DNA of 64,000 nucleotides from Polyangiaceae bacterium (GTDB taxonomy: Bacteria > Myxococcota_A > Polyangia > Polyangiales > Polyangiaceae). Positions within the stretch are counted from its first letter, which is position 1. Every line of letters begins with the position of its first letter. Location of the stretch: the NCBI GenBank assembly GCA_050287085.1, contig JBNKBE010000002.1:64001-128000 (forward strand), in the 5' to 3' direction. This document shows positions 38,994-48,484 of the stretch, piece by piece. Both the position numbers and the translations under genes were made by a program. The notes under the pieces are model-generated. The model had not been told where the DNA came from and did not search any database. It saw only the letters and a list, made by a program, of their open reading frames with translations.

Positions 38994-40877
38994 CTAGGGC
39001 GCCGGGAGCTCTTGGCCGCGTCGCCGCACCAGTTCTTGGCTATAGGCCTGCAGCAGTTGCTCGTAGCTCAGCCAGCCGTGAACTTGGTCTTGACCGTTTT
39101 CGATGACCGGCAGCTGCGGGTAGCGGGAGGTCGCAAAACGTTCGAGCGCCAAGGCCAAGCTATCCTCGGACGACACCGATACCAGCGGCTCACAGCAGTC
39201 GGCCGCGATGGCAAAACGCTTGAGCTCGGGGTCGCTGAACAACAACTTGAGACTGTCTAAGGTCAGCAGTCCGCAGACTGCACCGTCCGTGTTGGTCATG
39301 GGAAACACGGCGTGGGAGCAGCCCGCGGCGTGTTGCATCAGGTCTTCCAGGGGCGTGTCCGGCGGGAACGCGCGCGCCGGGTAGGCGGGGCCGATGATGT
39401 CGCCGACTCGTAGGTCTTGCAGCACGTCGGTTACGTATTCCCCCCCGTGGGCCTCGGAATTCCGGCGACTGAGCACCTGATGACGGTAGAGCGGTGTGCC
39501 CCGCGAGATGGAGTAGGCCACGACCTCCGCCAGCATGACGGGCACGAGCAGCTCGTAGCTGCGTGTCATCTCGCAGGCCATGACGAGAGTCGAGATCGGG
39601 GCGCAGGCGACGCCGCCGAGAAAAGAGGCCATGCCGACCACGACAAAAGCCCCGGGGGACGAGACGACGCCGGGTGCGATGGCATGGGCTGCGGCACCAA
39701 ACGCCCCACCCACCATGCCACCGATCACGAGGGAGGGGCCAAAAACGCCGCCGGAGCCCCCCGAGCCTACGGTGAAGGTGGTGGTAAGAACCTTGGCCAA
39801 GGCGAGCCCCAGCAATAGGGCTGCCCCGGGCCAGCCAACGTAGGTGGTTTGCGACAGCAGGATGCGCTGGAGCGAGCCGTAGCCCGCCCCAAGAGCATCG
39901 GGGACGAAGAGGGCACACAGACCCACGAGTAGGCCCCCGACGCCGCAGCGCAGCCAGGGTCTCAGGGGAAGCCGAGCGAATTGAACCTTGCCCCAATCAA
40001 GGGTCCGGACGAAGGCAATGCCGGACAGACCGATGGCGATGGCCATGAGCAGATAGAACGGCAGCTCCAAGGGTGAGAACGAGTAGCGGGCGGCCACCGC
40101 AAACATGCTCGTTTCCCCCAAGATCAACGTAAACGTTGAATAGCCGACCACCGCTGACAGTACCGTGGGTACGATGGCTTCCGCTTCGAAGTCGTCGCGG
40201 TACAAGACTTCGAGCACGAATAGTGCGGCGCCGAGTGGGGAGCGAAAGATCGCCGCGATTCCACCCGCCGCTCCCGCGAGCAGCAGCTGACGTTGATCTC
40301 TCGCGCTGAGCCGCAGGGTCCGCCCTACCAGCGCCCCTAGTCCAGCGCCCAAGAACGCCACCGGGCCCTCGCGTCCGGCGCTGCCTCCGGTGCCGATGAT
40401 CCCGACGGCCGCGAAAGCGCGGACCAAAGGCACCCGCAGGCCCAGTTTGACGCGTGGCTTGTGGAAGGCCCGGATGAGGCCGTCATGACCTTGCTCTCGG
40501 CCCTCCACGCCGCTTAGGTAGACGAACAAGCCGGAGATGAGCCCGCCGAGCGCCGGGGCGAATACGAGCCAGGCCAGTTGTGGCCGGCCCTTGCCATCGC
40601 CGCCTAGGATGTGTGGCTCACCGGCGGGCCGCGCTGCCGGCGCATGGGCGAGCCATTCGAGAGCCCAATACTGCACCAGATCGGTCAGCACGTAGAACGC
40701 GCTGGCCGCGAGCCCGGCGAGCACGCCGACAACCAGTCCAAGCAGCACCCAACGCGAAACCGTCCGAAACTCGAACAACCGCGTCAGCTGAGCTAGGTCG
40801 ACGACGGACGGCAGTTTCGGGGCTCGCACGGGCGGAATCTGCAAGGCTTCGGCGCGAGATGCAATCGGAGGCTGCAT
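38994..40877 (-). CDS. ClC-family chloride channel/antiporter with CBS domains
   Basis: GSAGREGP, FRSPLG and GGVFGPSL, then a C-terminal CBS pair. Confidence 0.93.
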   Translation of the reverse strand: MQPPIASRAEALQIPPVRAPKLPSVVDLAQLTRLFEFRTVSRWVLLGLVVGVLAGLAASAFYVLTDLVQYWALEWLAHAPAARPAGEPHILGGDGKGRPQLAWLVFAPALGGLISGLFVYLSGVEGREQGHDGLIRAFHKPRVKLGLRVPLVRAFAAVGIIGTGGSAGREGPVAFLGAGLGALVGRTLRLSARDQRQLLLAGAAGGIAAIFRSPLGAALFVLEVLYRDDFEAEAIVPTVLSAVVGYSTFTLILGETSMFAVAARYSFSPLELPFYLLMAIAIGLSGIAFVRTLDWGKVQFARLPLRPWLRCGVGGLLVGLCALFVPDALGAGYGSLQRILLSQTTYVGWPGAALLLGLALAKVLTTTFTVGSGGSGGVFGPSLVIGGMVGGAFGAAAHAIAPGVVSSPGAFVVVGMASFLGGVACAPISTLVMACEMTRSYELLVPVMLAEVVAYSISRGTPLYRHQVLSRRNSEAHGGEYVTDVLQDLRVGDIIGPAYPARAFPPDTPLEDLMQHAAGCSHAVFPMTNTDGAVCGLLTLDSLKLLFSDPELKRFAIAADCCEPLVSVSSEDSLALALERFATSRYPQLPVIENGQDQVHGWLSYEQLLQAYSQELVRRRGQELPAP

Positions 40878-40941
40878 GCGGGCGCGGAGGGCCGGGTGAA
40901 ATAGTTGGCCCTTTCAGTCTGGTCGTGGCCAATCGGCGGGC

Positions 40942-41787
40942 ATGGCCCCAGAGCGTTCCGTGGGAGAGCCCCAAGGGGGGGACGGGATCTTTTCTCAAAC
41001 AGAGTCGAACCTCCCCTCTGCGCCGCGTCCGAGTTCGGAGTGGCTGTGGCTGGGACTGAAGGCTTTGATCGGCTTGCTATTGATCGCTTCCGCCGCCGGG
41101 CTCGTGGCGTTTGGGGCCCGTCACTTTGCTACCACTTCCGACCGTTTTGCTATCCACGAGCTGCAAGCGGAGGGCAATCGCCGTTTCACCGCCGAGGCGC
41201 TGGCCCAACTCGGGGGTGTTAAACGCGGCGACAATCTATTTGCCACCGACGAGCTCAGGGTGCAGCGAGCCTTGCTCGAGGACCCGTGGATCGCCAGTGC
41301 CAAGGTTACGCGCAAGCTGCCCAGCACCTTGGTCTTCGAGGTGGAGGAGTATAGCGCCCGGGCGTTGGCTGCGATCGGCGAAAAGCTCTACCTCGTGACC
41401 CGTGACGGGCATCCGATCGATGTCGCCGGGCCGAATGAGTTGGACTTTCCGGTCGTGACGGGCGTCACGGTCGAGGAGATCGCGGCTGACCGCTTGCGCG
41501 CCAAGCGTCGCATCGCTCATGCGGTCGGGATTCTTCAGCGCTACGAGCAGATGCCCATGGCTGCAAGCTACGCGCCCCAGGAGCTTCATCTGAGCGATGA
41601 TGACGCGGTGACCTTGGTGGTGGGACGCAGCGGGGTCTCCTTGCAGCTGGGCACCGGCAACGTGCGCCAAAGGCTGCAAATGGCGGCTCGAATCTTGAGC
41701 CGCGTGCGCTCCCGCGGGGAGGTGCCAAGCGTGGTATTCCTGGACAACGAAGCCCACCCGGAGCGGGTTGTCGTTCGCTTGCGCTGA
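40942..41787 (+). CDS. ftsQ: Cell division protein FtsQ (5' end uncertain)
   Basis: TM helix plus POTRA (PWIASAKVTRKLPSTL..EVEE); directly upstream of ftsA. Confidence 0.88.
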   Translation: MAPERSVGEPQGGDGIFSQTESNLPSAPRPSSEWLWLGLKALIGLLLIASAAGLVAFGARHFATTSDRFAIHELQAEGNRRFTAEALAQLGGVKRGDNLFATDELRVQRALLEDPWIASAKVTRKLPSTLVFEVEEYSARALAAIGEKLYLVTRDGHPIDVAGPNELDFPVVTGVTVEEIAADRLRAKRRIAHAVGILQRYEQMPMAASYAPQELHLSDDDAVTLVVGRSGVSLQLGTGNVRQRLQMAARILSRVRSRGEVPSVVFLDNEAHPERVVVRLR

Positions 41788-41953
41788 TGGGTTCGACGCG
41801 CTGCGGCGGCGTTTGGGGGCTGGTCCTTCTTTCAGTGGTCGCGGGCCAGATGCCCGCGACCGTTTATTTGTCCGGGGCGGACGCACCGTGGCACGGTCAT
41901 CGGGCACAGGCGTCGCCGATTCGGCAGCGAGCGCGGAGGTGCAAAGGTAGACG

Positions 41954-43210
41954 ATGACAGCACTCAACAGTTCAGAAATCGTGGTCGGGCTCGACGTCGG
42001 GAGCACCAAGGTATCGGCCGTTGTCGGTGAGGTGGACGCCGAAGGCATCACGATTCTCGGCGTTGGCAACGTGCCCTGTCGCGGCTTGCGCAAAGGGGTA
42101 GTCTCGAATATCGAGTGGACGGTACGGGCTATCCGCGAGGCGATTTCAGCAGCGCAGACGATGGCCGGAGTGGAGATCGGAACCGTCTACTTGGGCCTGG
42201 GTGGAGCGCACGTGCGCAGTCAGGGTTCCGAGGGGGTAGCCGCGATCTCGGGTCGCGAGGTGATGCCTATCGACGTCGAGCGGGTGTTGGAAGGTGCGCG
42301 CGCCGTACCCGTGGATACCGATCGCATGATTCTGCACGCATTGCCTCGGGAGTTCATCGTCGACAACCAAGATGGGGTCCGGGATCCGATCGGCATGAGC
42401 GGCGTTCGACTGCAGGCACGTGTGAATCTTGTCACCGGAGCCAGCGCGTCGGTGCAGAATGCGCAGCGTTGCGTAGAGCGTTGTGACATCGAAGTGGCTG
42501 ATGTTGCGCTGGCGGCGCTGGCCAGTGCTGATGCGGTGCTGAGCGACGACGAAAAAGAAATTGGCGTTGCCGTTATCGACATCGGGGGCGGCACAACGGA
42601 CATCATTCAATACCTCGAAGGCGCTATCGTCTATGCCAGCGTGCTGCCGGTGGGCGGCAACAATGTCACAAACGACGTGGCGGCTGGACTCCGCACGCCG
42701 ATGGCCGAAGCGGAGCGCCTCAAGCGCAACTCCGGGTGCGCACTCGGGCGGATGGTTGCCTCTGAGGAGGAAATCGAGGTGCCCGGCGTAGGTGGACACG
42801 CCCCGCGCAAGGTACCGCGCAAGGTCTTGAGCGATATCATCGAGCCTCGCGTCGAAGAGATCTTCACCGAGGTCCGTCATCGCATGGAGGAAAACGGGCT
42901 GATCGAGGCGATGTGCGCGGGGGTTGTGCTCACCGGGGGCGGCGTATTGCTCGAAGGCATGGTGGAAGCCGCCGAAGAGGTATTGGGTATGCCCGTTCGG
43001 CTCGGATACCCCTCTGGCGTGCGCGGGTTTACTCAGCTGGTGCAGGGGCCTCAATACGCGGCGGGTGTTGGGCTCGTGCGCTACGGGGCGCAGCGTCTTG
43101 CGGAACTCGACGCCTCGGCGGAGTATTCGGACTACGAGGAGACCTCCGCGGTGATCCCCCATGTTGCTTCCAAACGCACCTTCTGGACCTGGGTCAAGGA
43201 AGCTTTCTGA
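41954..43210 (+). CDS. ftsA: Cell division protein FtsA
   Basis: LDVGSTK, DIGGGTTD, VLTGGG and C-terminal amphipathic FWTWVKEAF. Confidence 0.98.
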   Translation: MTALNSSEIVVGLDVGSTKVSAVVGEVDAEGITILGVGNVPCRGLRKGVVSNIEWTVRAIREAISAAQTMAGVEIGTVYLGLGGAHVRSQGSEGVAAISGREVMPIDVERVLEGARAVPVDTDRMILHALPREFIVDNQDGVRDPIGMSGVRLQARVNLVTGASASVQNAQRCVERCDIEVADVALAALASADAVLSDDEKEIGVAVIDIGGGTTDIIQYLEGAIVYASVLPVGGNNVTNDVAAGLRTPMAEAERLKRNSGCALGRMVASEEEIEVPGVGGHAPRKVPRKVLSDIIEPRVEEIFTEVRHRMEENGLIEAMCAGVVLTGGGVLLEGMVEAAEEVLGMPVRLGYPSGVRGFTQLVQGPQYAAGVGLVRYGAQRLAELDASAEYSDYEETSAVIPHVASKRTFWTWVKEAF

Positions 43211-43436
43211 GGACGACGGTGGCCTGCGCCTGCGGATCACTGGCCGGGCGCGTGTTCACGGGCTGGGAGGCGCCGTGCAGAGCGCGCCGGGCTCGACTCT
43301 TGCTCTGAAGCCAACGATTCCAGTCTTGAATCGTTGTTAATCCGTAGCCGGTGCGCGGGCCACGGAACGGCTCCACTTTGAGGCGCCGCGGCGTCTTGAG
43401 GGGCGCTTCTGGCGCTGGGGAAGCGGGTCGAGGGGG

Positions 43437-43781
43437 CTACTGAAAGCAGACCTGGTCGAAACGGGCGTTGGCGTCGAACACACCGGGGACACACTCGCAA
43501 CGGCCCGTGTCCGAATTGCACACCTGCCACGCTTCACACGTTCCGCTGCACGCAGGGCTGTCGGGTGGCGGACTGCTGTCGTCTGGCGGGCTGCTGTCGT
43601 CTGGCGGGCTGCTGTCGTCTGGCGGGGCGCCGCTGTCGGGTGGCGAGTCGTTCCCGCTGGGCGTGTTGTCCGTCGCCAGCGAGGCGTCAGGCGCAGTGCC
43701 CTGCACCTGCGGTTCTTCCACGGTGCAATTGCTTAGCATTGCCGCAATGACGACCGAGGAAAGGCGATGGAATTGGGCCAA
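43437..43781 (-). CDS. Small lipoprotein with PPDDSS linker and Cys-rich C-terminal domain
   Basis: Signal ending LSNC, (PPDDSS)x3, and six Cys in CSGTC..C..CEC..C. Confidence 0.65.
   Translation of the reverse strand: MAQFHRLSSVVIAAMLSNCTVEEPQVQGTAPDASLATDNTPSGNDSPPDSGAPPDDSSPPDDSSPPDDSSPPPDSPACSGTCEAWQVCNSDTGRCECVPGVFDANARFDQVCFQ
43573..43626. repeat. 18-bp tandem repeat x3 (coding)
   Basis: CTGCTGTCGTCTGGCGGG x3. Confidence 0.9.
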
Positions 43782-43995
43782 AGGGTAGCGCTAGCGCATT
43801 TGACCTATTGTCACACGGTTTTTCGCCTGGACGCAAAGCGCGCGAGGGAAGGGGGAACGAGAGGGTTTCAGCTCTCTTCCTTCGCACCCTTTCGCTCGAC
43901 CTCGCCCTTCGCTACCTTGTTGTCCGGGTCGTTGCGGGGATACTGCGACTGCCGCGAGTATTCTAGAACCCCTCCCGAACGAGAACGCTCTGACC

Positions 43996-46038
43996 ATGAA
44001 GCCACTGATCCAACTCATTTGTGTTCTTTCCTGGGGGCTGCTGAGCGTTGCTTGCGGCTCCGCGCCGGGGGGGCAGCCACTGACCCAGCCGACAACAGCT
44101 GCTGCGAGCTTGGCGTCGAGCAGCGTGCCCCCGGCGGACGCTGCGCTGAGTGTCTCATCGCCCGCCGCGCCGGTTGCGAACCACTTTTCCTACGCCGCCT
44201 TGTTGCCTGATGTCGTCACAAGCTTGGGTGCCGCGGCAACCCGCGATCACCTGTATTGGCTAGGCGGGTACTCGGGGACACCTCATCACTATGTGGCTGA
44301 AGACCAGAGCGACCGCTTCACGCGCATGAACTTGCACACGGGGGCGGTCGAGTCGCTCGCCTCTTCCGGACGGCTGCAGAGCGCCTCGCTCAGCGAATGG
44401 CGAGGCCAGTTGTTTCGGGTCGGCGGGTTGCGGATTGAAAACCGGCGTGGAGAGCCCACCCGCTTGCGAAGCGTGGCCGAGGTGGCCGTCTTCGACCCTG
44501 CCCTGGGGAGCTGGCGTGAGCTAAGCGCTCTGCCGGAAGCTCGCTCCTCTCACCAGGCAGCGTTCGTTGGCAACAAGCTATTTGTTGTGGGGGGATGGAA
44601 GCTGGATGGGGACATGGGCAGCGGCCGTTGGCACGATGACATGCTGGTGGCCGATGTGACGGAGTCTCCGCTGCGCTGGCAGTCGGTGCCGACGCCTTTC
44701 AAGGTGCGCGCACTCGGACTGGCTGCCTTGGACAATGCGTTGTACGCCCTGGGCGGGATCGTGGGCCGTGCCGAGCGCGACGCGACCTTCGTTTTTGATC
44801 TGGCGTCGGCCACCTGGCACGCTGGTCCGCGGCTTCCGGAAGCGGGCATCGGTTTCAGCGCGGCAAGCCTCGAGGGCGCCGTTTACGCGTCGGGGGCCTC
44901 GGGTCGGGTATACCGACTCCAGGCCGGGGCGGATGCCTGGACGACCGTGGGTGAACTGGCTTTCCCACGGTTCTTTCATCAGATGGTCAGCCAAGGGAAC
45001 GAGCGCATACTCTTCGTGGGGGGGATCCCGGGAGATCATCACGGCGCGCGCATCGCGCACGTAGAAGCCTTGAGCGTGACGCCTGCCGCCTCGCCTTGGA
45101 TCACCTGGACGGTACGCTCGGAGGTCCAAGGCAAGAATCGCCAGGGACTGTTCTTGAATGGCAATCAGTTGTACATCTTTGGCGGTAATCGGGCCCTTGG
45201 CCAGCACGACTTTGCCCCGGACAACTTTCTCGCCGAGGCGTTCCGCTTGGATCTCGGCTCCTTCGCCTGGAAGTCATTGCCGCCATTCCCTGCTGCTAGG
45301 CAAAGCATGGTGACCGCGAGCGCGGAGGATGACGGCTTCTTGGCGCTTGGGGGGTTTGGTCCCGAAGCGGGTGCCTTGCGCTCCTTCAGCGACGTGTTTC
45401 GCTTTGACCTGCGCGGTGAAACTTGGACACCCTCCGCGCCCCTACCCGAAGCGCGCACTCAGTTTGGACTGGCCACGACAGCTGACGAGGCGTGGGTCTT
45501 CGGAGGACTCAACTACGATGACCGCAGACCGGGGAAAGCGGCATTTGTGCACCCGTTGTCGCTGCTTTGGGGAACGCGTACCGAGGGCGGGTACGCGCTC
45601 ACCGTCGCTCAGGCGCAGTTACCCCACGAGCGGCGCGCTTTCGCCGGGGCGCAGCTGGGTTCTCGCTACTACATCGTGGGGGGCATGGGCGACGGATTCG
45701 AGCTGGTGGACGGCGCCCTTGTTTTCGATCTGACGACTCGTACCTGGCAGTCTATGCCGCCTCCCAGAGCCACTCGCCTCGGTGCGGAGCTCGTTGCATT
45801 GGGGCGTCGTCTGTACTTGGTCGGCGGGCGAGTTCGCGGCGCAGACGGCAAACTGGAGTTCGAACGCGCTATCGAGGTATTCGATACCGAAACCGGGAGC
45901 TGGAGCGTCCATGCTCAGCGTTTGCCGATGACAGAGCTCGCGCACCTCCGTGTTCTGGCGTTTCGAGAGCGACTTCTGATGTACAGTGCGCAGCGGCAGG
46001 ACGGCCGAGTGGAGCTCAGTCTATTGGATCCGCGCTAG
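43996..46038 (+). CDS. Kelch-repeat lipoprotein, probably two beta-propellers
   Basis: Lipobox SVAC and about 11-12 hydrophobic-GG...W Kelch blades. Confidence 0.88.
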   Translation: MKPLIQLICVLSWGLLSVACGSAPGGQPLTQPTTAAASLASSSVPPADAALSVSSPAAPVANHFSYAALLPDVVTSLGAAATRDHLYWLGGYSGTPHHYVAEDQSDRFTRMNLHTGAVESLASSGRLQSASLSEWRGQLFRVGGLRIENRRGEPTRLRSVAEVAVFDPALGSWRELSALPEARSSHQAAFVGNKLFVVGGWKLDGDMGSGRWHDDMLVADVTESPLRWQSVPTPFKVRALGLAALDNALYALGGIVGRAERDATFVFDLASATWHAGPRLPEAGIGFSAASLEGAVYASGASGRVYRLQAGADAWTTVGELAFPRFFHQMVSQGNERILFVGGIPGDHHGARIAHVEALSVTPAASPWITWTVRSEVQGKNRQGLFLNGNQLYIFGGNRALGQHDFAPDNFLAEAFRLDLGSFAWKSLPPFPAARQSMVTASAEDDGFLALGGFGPEAGALRSFSDVFRFDLRGETWTPSAPLPEARTQFGLATTADEAWVFGGLNYDDRRPGKAAFVHPLSLLWGTRTEGGYALTVAQAQLPHERRAFAGAQLGSRYYIVGGMGDGFELVDGALVFDLTTRTWQSMPPPRATRLGAELVALGRRLYLVGGRVRGADGKLEFERAIEVFDTETGSWSVHAQRLPMTELAHLRVLAFRERLLMYSAQRQDGRVELSLLDPR

Positions 46039-46129
46039 GGGCGCCCTCGAGCCCGCCCCGGACCTGAGCCGGGCCGGGTGGACTGGGCCGCCCTTTACAG
46101 GGTGGTGGTTCGTCTTTTAAACCGGCGGC

Positions 46130-48484
46130 ATGTTTCATTTTGCTGACGGAGGCGCCCGCTACGTACTGGCGTCCGCGACTGAGTTGCCGCGTGCCAGCGC
46201 GTTTCTTTGGAACCGGCAGATGATGTTCCAGATCAGCTGTCGCGGCTATGCGGTGGCTCAGTTCATGCAGCCTGAGCCGACGAAGTACGCGCACGTACCT
46301 ACTTTGGCGGGGGTGCACTTCATGTTGCCCGAGGAGCAACCCTTTGCGCACCACCCGGGGCGCTTCTTCTACGTGCGCGATGACGAGTCAGGCGAGTTGT
46401 TCTCGGCGCCCTACGAACCGGTTCGGAAGAAGATGGATCGCTTTGAATTCGCTCCCGGGACCCACGATATTCGCTGGCATGTGGAGTGCGGGGGCATAGC
46501 CGTGGAGCTTGTTGTGTCCTTGCCCGCGGAAGGAACCTTCGAGCTCTGGAGCGCCACGGTGCGCAACCTATCAGGGCGAGTCCGGCGGGTGAGCTTAGTG
46601 CCCTACTTTCCAGTCGGATTCTCATCGTGGATGAATATGAGCGCGGGGTACGAGCCCGCGGTCAACGGAATTGTGGCGCGGCGCGTTGCGGCCTATCAAC
46701 GTACGGAAGACTATTTCAAGCAGAAGGACTTCAAGGAGCTGACATTTCTCGTGTCTGATCGAACGCCGGTGGCTTGGGAAGCCAATCAAGCGGCGTTTGA
46801 AGGCGAAGGCCACCTGAGCGCCCCCGCGGCGCTCTCTCAGCCTGAGCTCGGCTGTGGTGATGCGCTTCACGAGATTCCCACTTGTGCGCTACAATATAGG
46901 TTCGAGCTGACGCCGGACGCGCGCGAAGATGTGACGTTGGCATTTGGGGCCGCGCGCACGCTAGCTGAGGTTGCCGCCATCGCTCGCACGTGTTCTGCCC
47001 CCGAGCGGGTGGAGTTCTGCCGGCGCGAGTACCAGGGCTACCTCTCGAGCGGGCGAGGGTGTGTGCAGGTGGAGGTGCCTGATGAGTACTTCCAGAATTT
47101 CGTGAATCACTGGCTTCCGCGTCAGGTGTTCTATCACGGTGATACGCAGCGCCTTTCGACCGACCCGCAGACGCGCAACTATTTACAAGACGCCATGGGG
47201 ACGGTGTACGTGGATGCGTCACGTGCGCGCCGCGTGCTGCTTCACGCGCTCTCTCAGCAAAAGAGCAGTGGGCAGATGCCAGATGGTGTGGTGTTGGTGC
47301 CGGGGGCGGAGCTGAAGTACATCAATCGCATCCCACACACCGATCACTCGGTATGGCTTGTCCTGCTGACGGAAGCCTATCTTGCAGAAACCGGGGACTA
47401 TGCGGTCCTGAACGAACGGGTGCCTTTTGTGGACGGGGCCGAGACGACGGTGCTTCGGCACTTGGAGCTCAGCTTGCAGTGGTTGCTACAGGACCGCGAC
47501 GCCAGAGGCCTGTCGTACATCGCCCAAGGTGATTGGTGTGATCCAATGAATATGGTGGGCTACCGAGGGCAGGGCGTTTCGGGATGGCTGACCGAGGCGT
47601 TGTGCTACGCGCTCCGCAGCTGGGAGACGATCTGTCAGAGTATCGGCCGAAACGACTTGGCCACCGTTGCAGCCGAAGCTTCCAGGGAACTCGTGGAGGT
47701 GATCAACCAATGGCTATGGGATGGCTCCTGGTACGCTCGCGGGATCACAGATGAGGGCAGAAGGTTTGGCGTACAGGCAGACGCGGAAGGGCAGATATTT
47801 CTCAATACGCAGAGCTTTGCGTTGCTGGCTGGAGCGCCCAGCGCGGAGCAGCAAGCACGCTTGCTGGCCGCGGTGGATGACCGCTTGCTGGGACCCTTTG
47901 GCGTCGAACTGCTGGCTCCTTCATTTACCAGCATGCGCGAGGACATCGGGCGGGTTACGCAGAAGTTCCCCGGCACGGCCGAAAACGGCAGCGTCTACAA
48001 TCACGCGGCTGCGTTTTATGCGGCAGCCCTCTATCAAGTTCGCGAGGCGGAGCGGGCGTTTGAGGTGCTGCGCAAGATGATTCCGGGTCCCGCTCCGGAG
48101 GACCTGATGCGGCGGGGACAACTGCCGGTGTTCATACCCAACTACTATCGCGGTGCTCATCGCCAGTTTCCGCGGACGGCAGGGCGCTCCAGCCAGCTGT
48201 TCAACACCGGTACGGTGGCTTGGTTCTACCGAGCGCTCGTGGAGCGCCTCTTGGGGTTGCGGGGCTCAGCGGAGGGACTGGTGATCGATCCTCAGCTGCC
48301 GGCGGCCTGGCCGCACGCGCGGGCTTGGCGACGGTTTCGGGGAGCCGAGCTCGAGGTGGAGTATCGCCGTGCAGCAGGCGCGCCGCTCACCGTGCAGCTC
48401 GATGGGGTGGTCCTGCCGGAGCGGGTGCTGCGCGAGGTCGTGCCCGGACGGCGTTACCAATTGTTGGTCACGCTGCCAGGGTAG
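46130..48484 (+). CDS. GH94 phosphorylase, cellobionic acid phosphorylase-like
   Basis: FLWN..MM..CRGYA.AQFMQPEP, HHPGRFFY, DPQTRNYLQD, GDWCDPMNMVG and ENGSVYNH. Confidence 0.85.
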   Translation: MFHFADGGARYVLASATELPRASAFLWNRQMMFQISCRGYAVAQFMQPEPTKYAHVPTLAGVHFMLPEEQPFAHHPGRFFYVRDDESGELFSAPYEPVRKKMDRFEFAPGTHDIRWHVECGGIAVELVVSLPAEGTFELWSATVRNLSGRVRRVSLVPYFPVGFSSWMNMSAGYEPAVNGIVARRVAAYQRTEDYFKQKDFKELTFLVSDRTPVAWEANQAAFEGEGHLSAPAALSQPELGCGDALHEIPTCALQYRFELTPDAREDVTLAFGAARTLAEVAAIARTCSAPERVEFCRREYQGYLSSGRGCVQVEVPDEYFQNFVNHWLPRQVFYHGDTQRLSTDPQTRNYLQDAMGTVYVDASRARRVLLHALSQQKSSGQMPDGVVLVPGAELKYINRIPHTDHSVWLVLLTEAYLAETGDYAVLNERVPFVDGAETTVLRHLELSLQWLLQDRDARGLSYIAQGDWCDPMNMVGYRGQGVSGWLTEALCYALRSWETICQSIGRNDLATVAAEASRELVEVINQWLWDGSWYARGITDEGRRFGVQADAEGQIFLNTQSFALLAGAPSAEQQARLLAAVDDRLLGPFGVELLAPSFTSMREDIGRVTQKFPGTAENGSVYNHAAAFYAAALYQVREAERAFEVLRKMIPGPAPEDLMRRGQLPVFIPNYYRGAHRQFPRTAGRSSQLFNTGTVAWFYRALVERLLGLRGSAEGLVIDPQLPAAWPHARAWRRFRGAELEVEYRRAAGAPLTVQLDGVVLPERVLREVVPGRRYQLLVTLPG

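Noticed and set aside
42146..43240. 364-aa minus-strand ORF
   Set aside because: Antisense shadow of ftsA.
43194..43439. TAG readthrough joining the mini-lipoprotein to the in-frame downstream ORF
   Set aside because: The extension is not protein-like and runs into the ftsA end; no recoding signal is visible.
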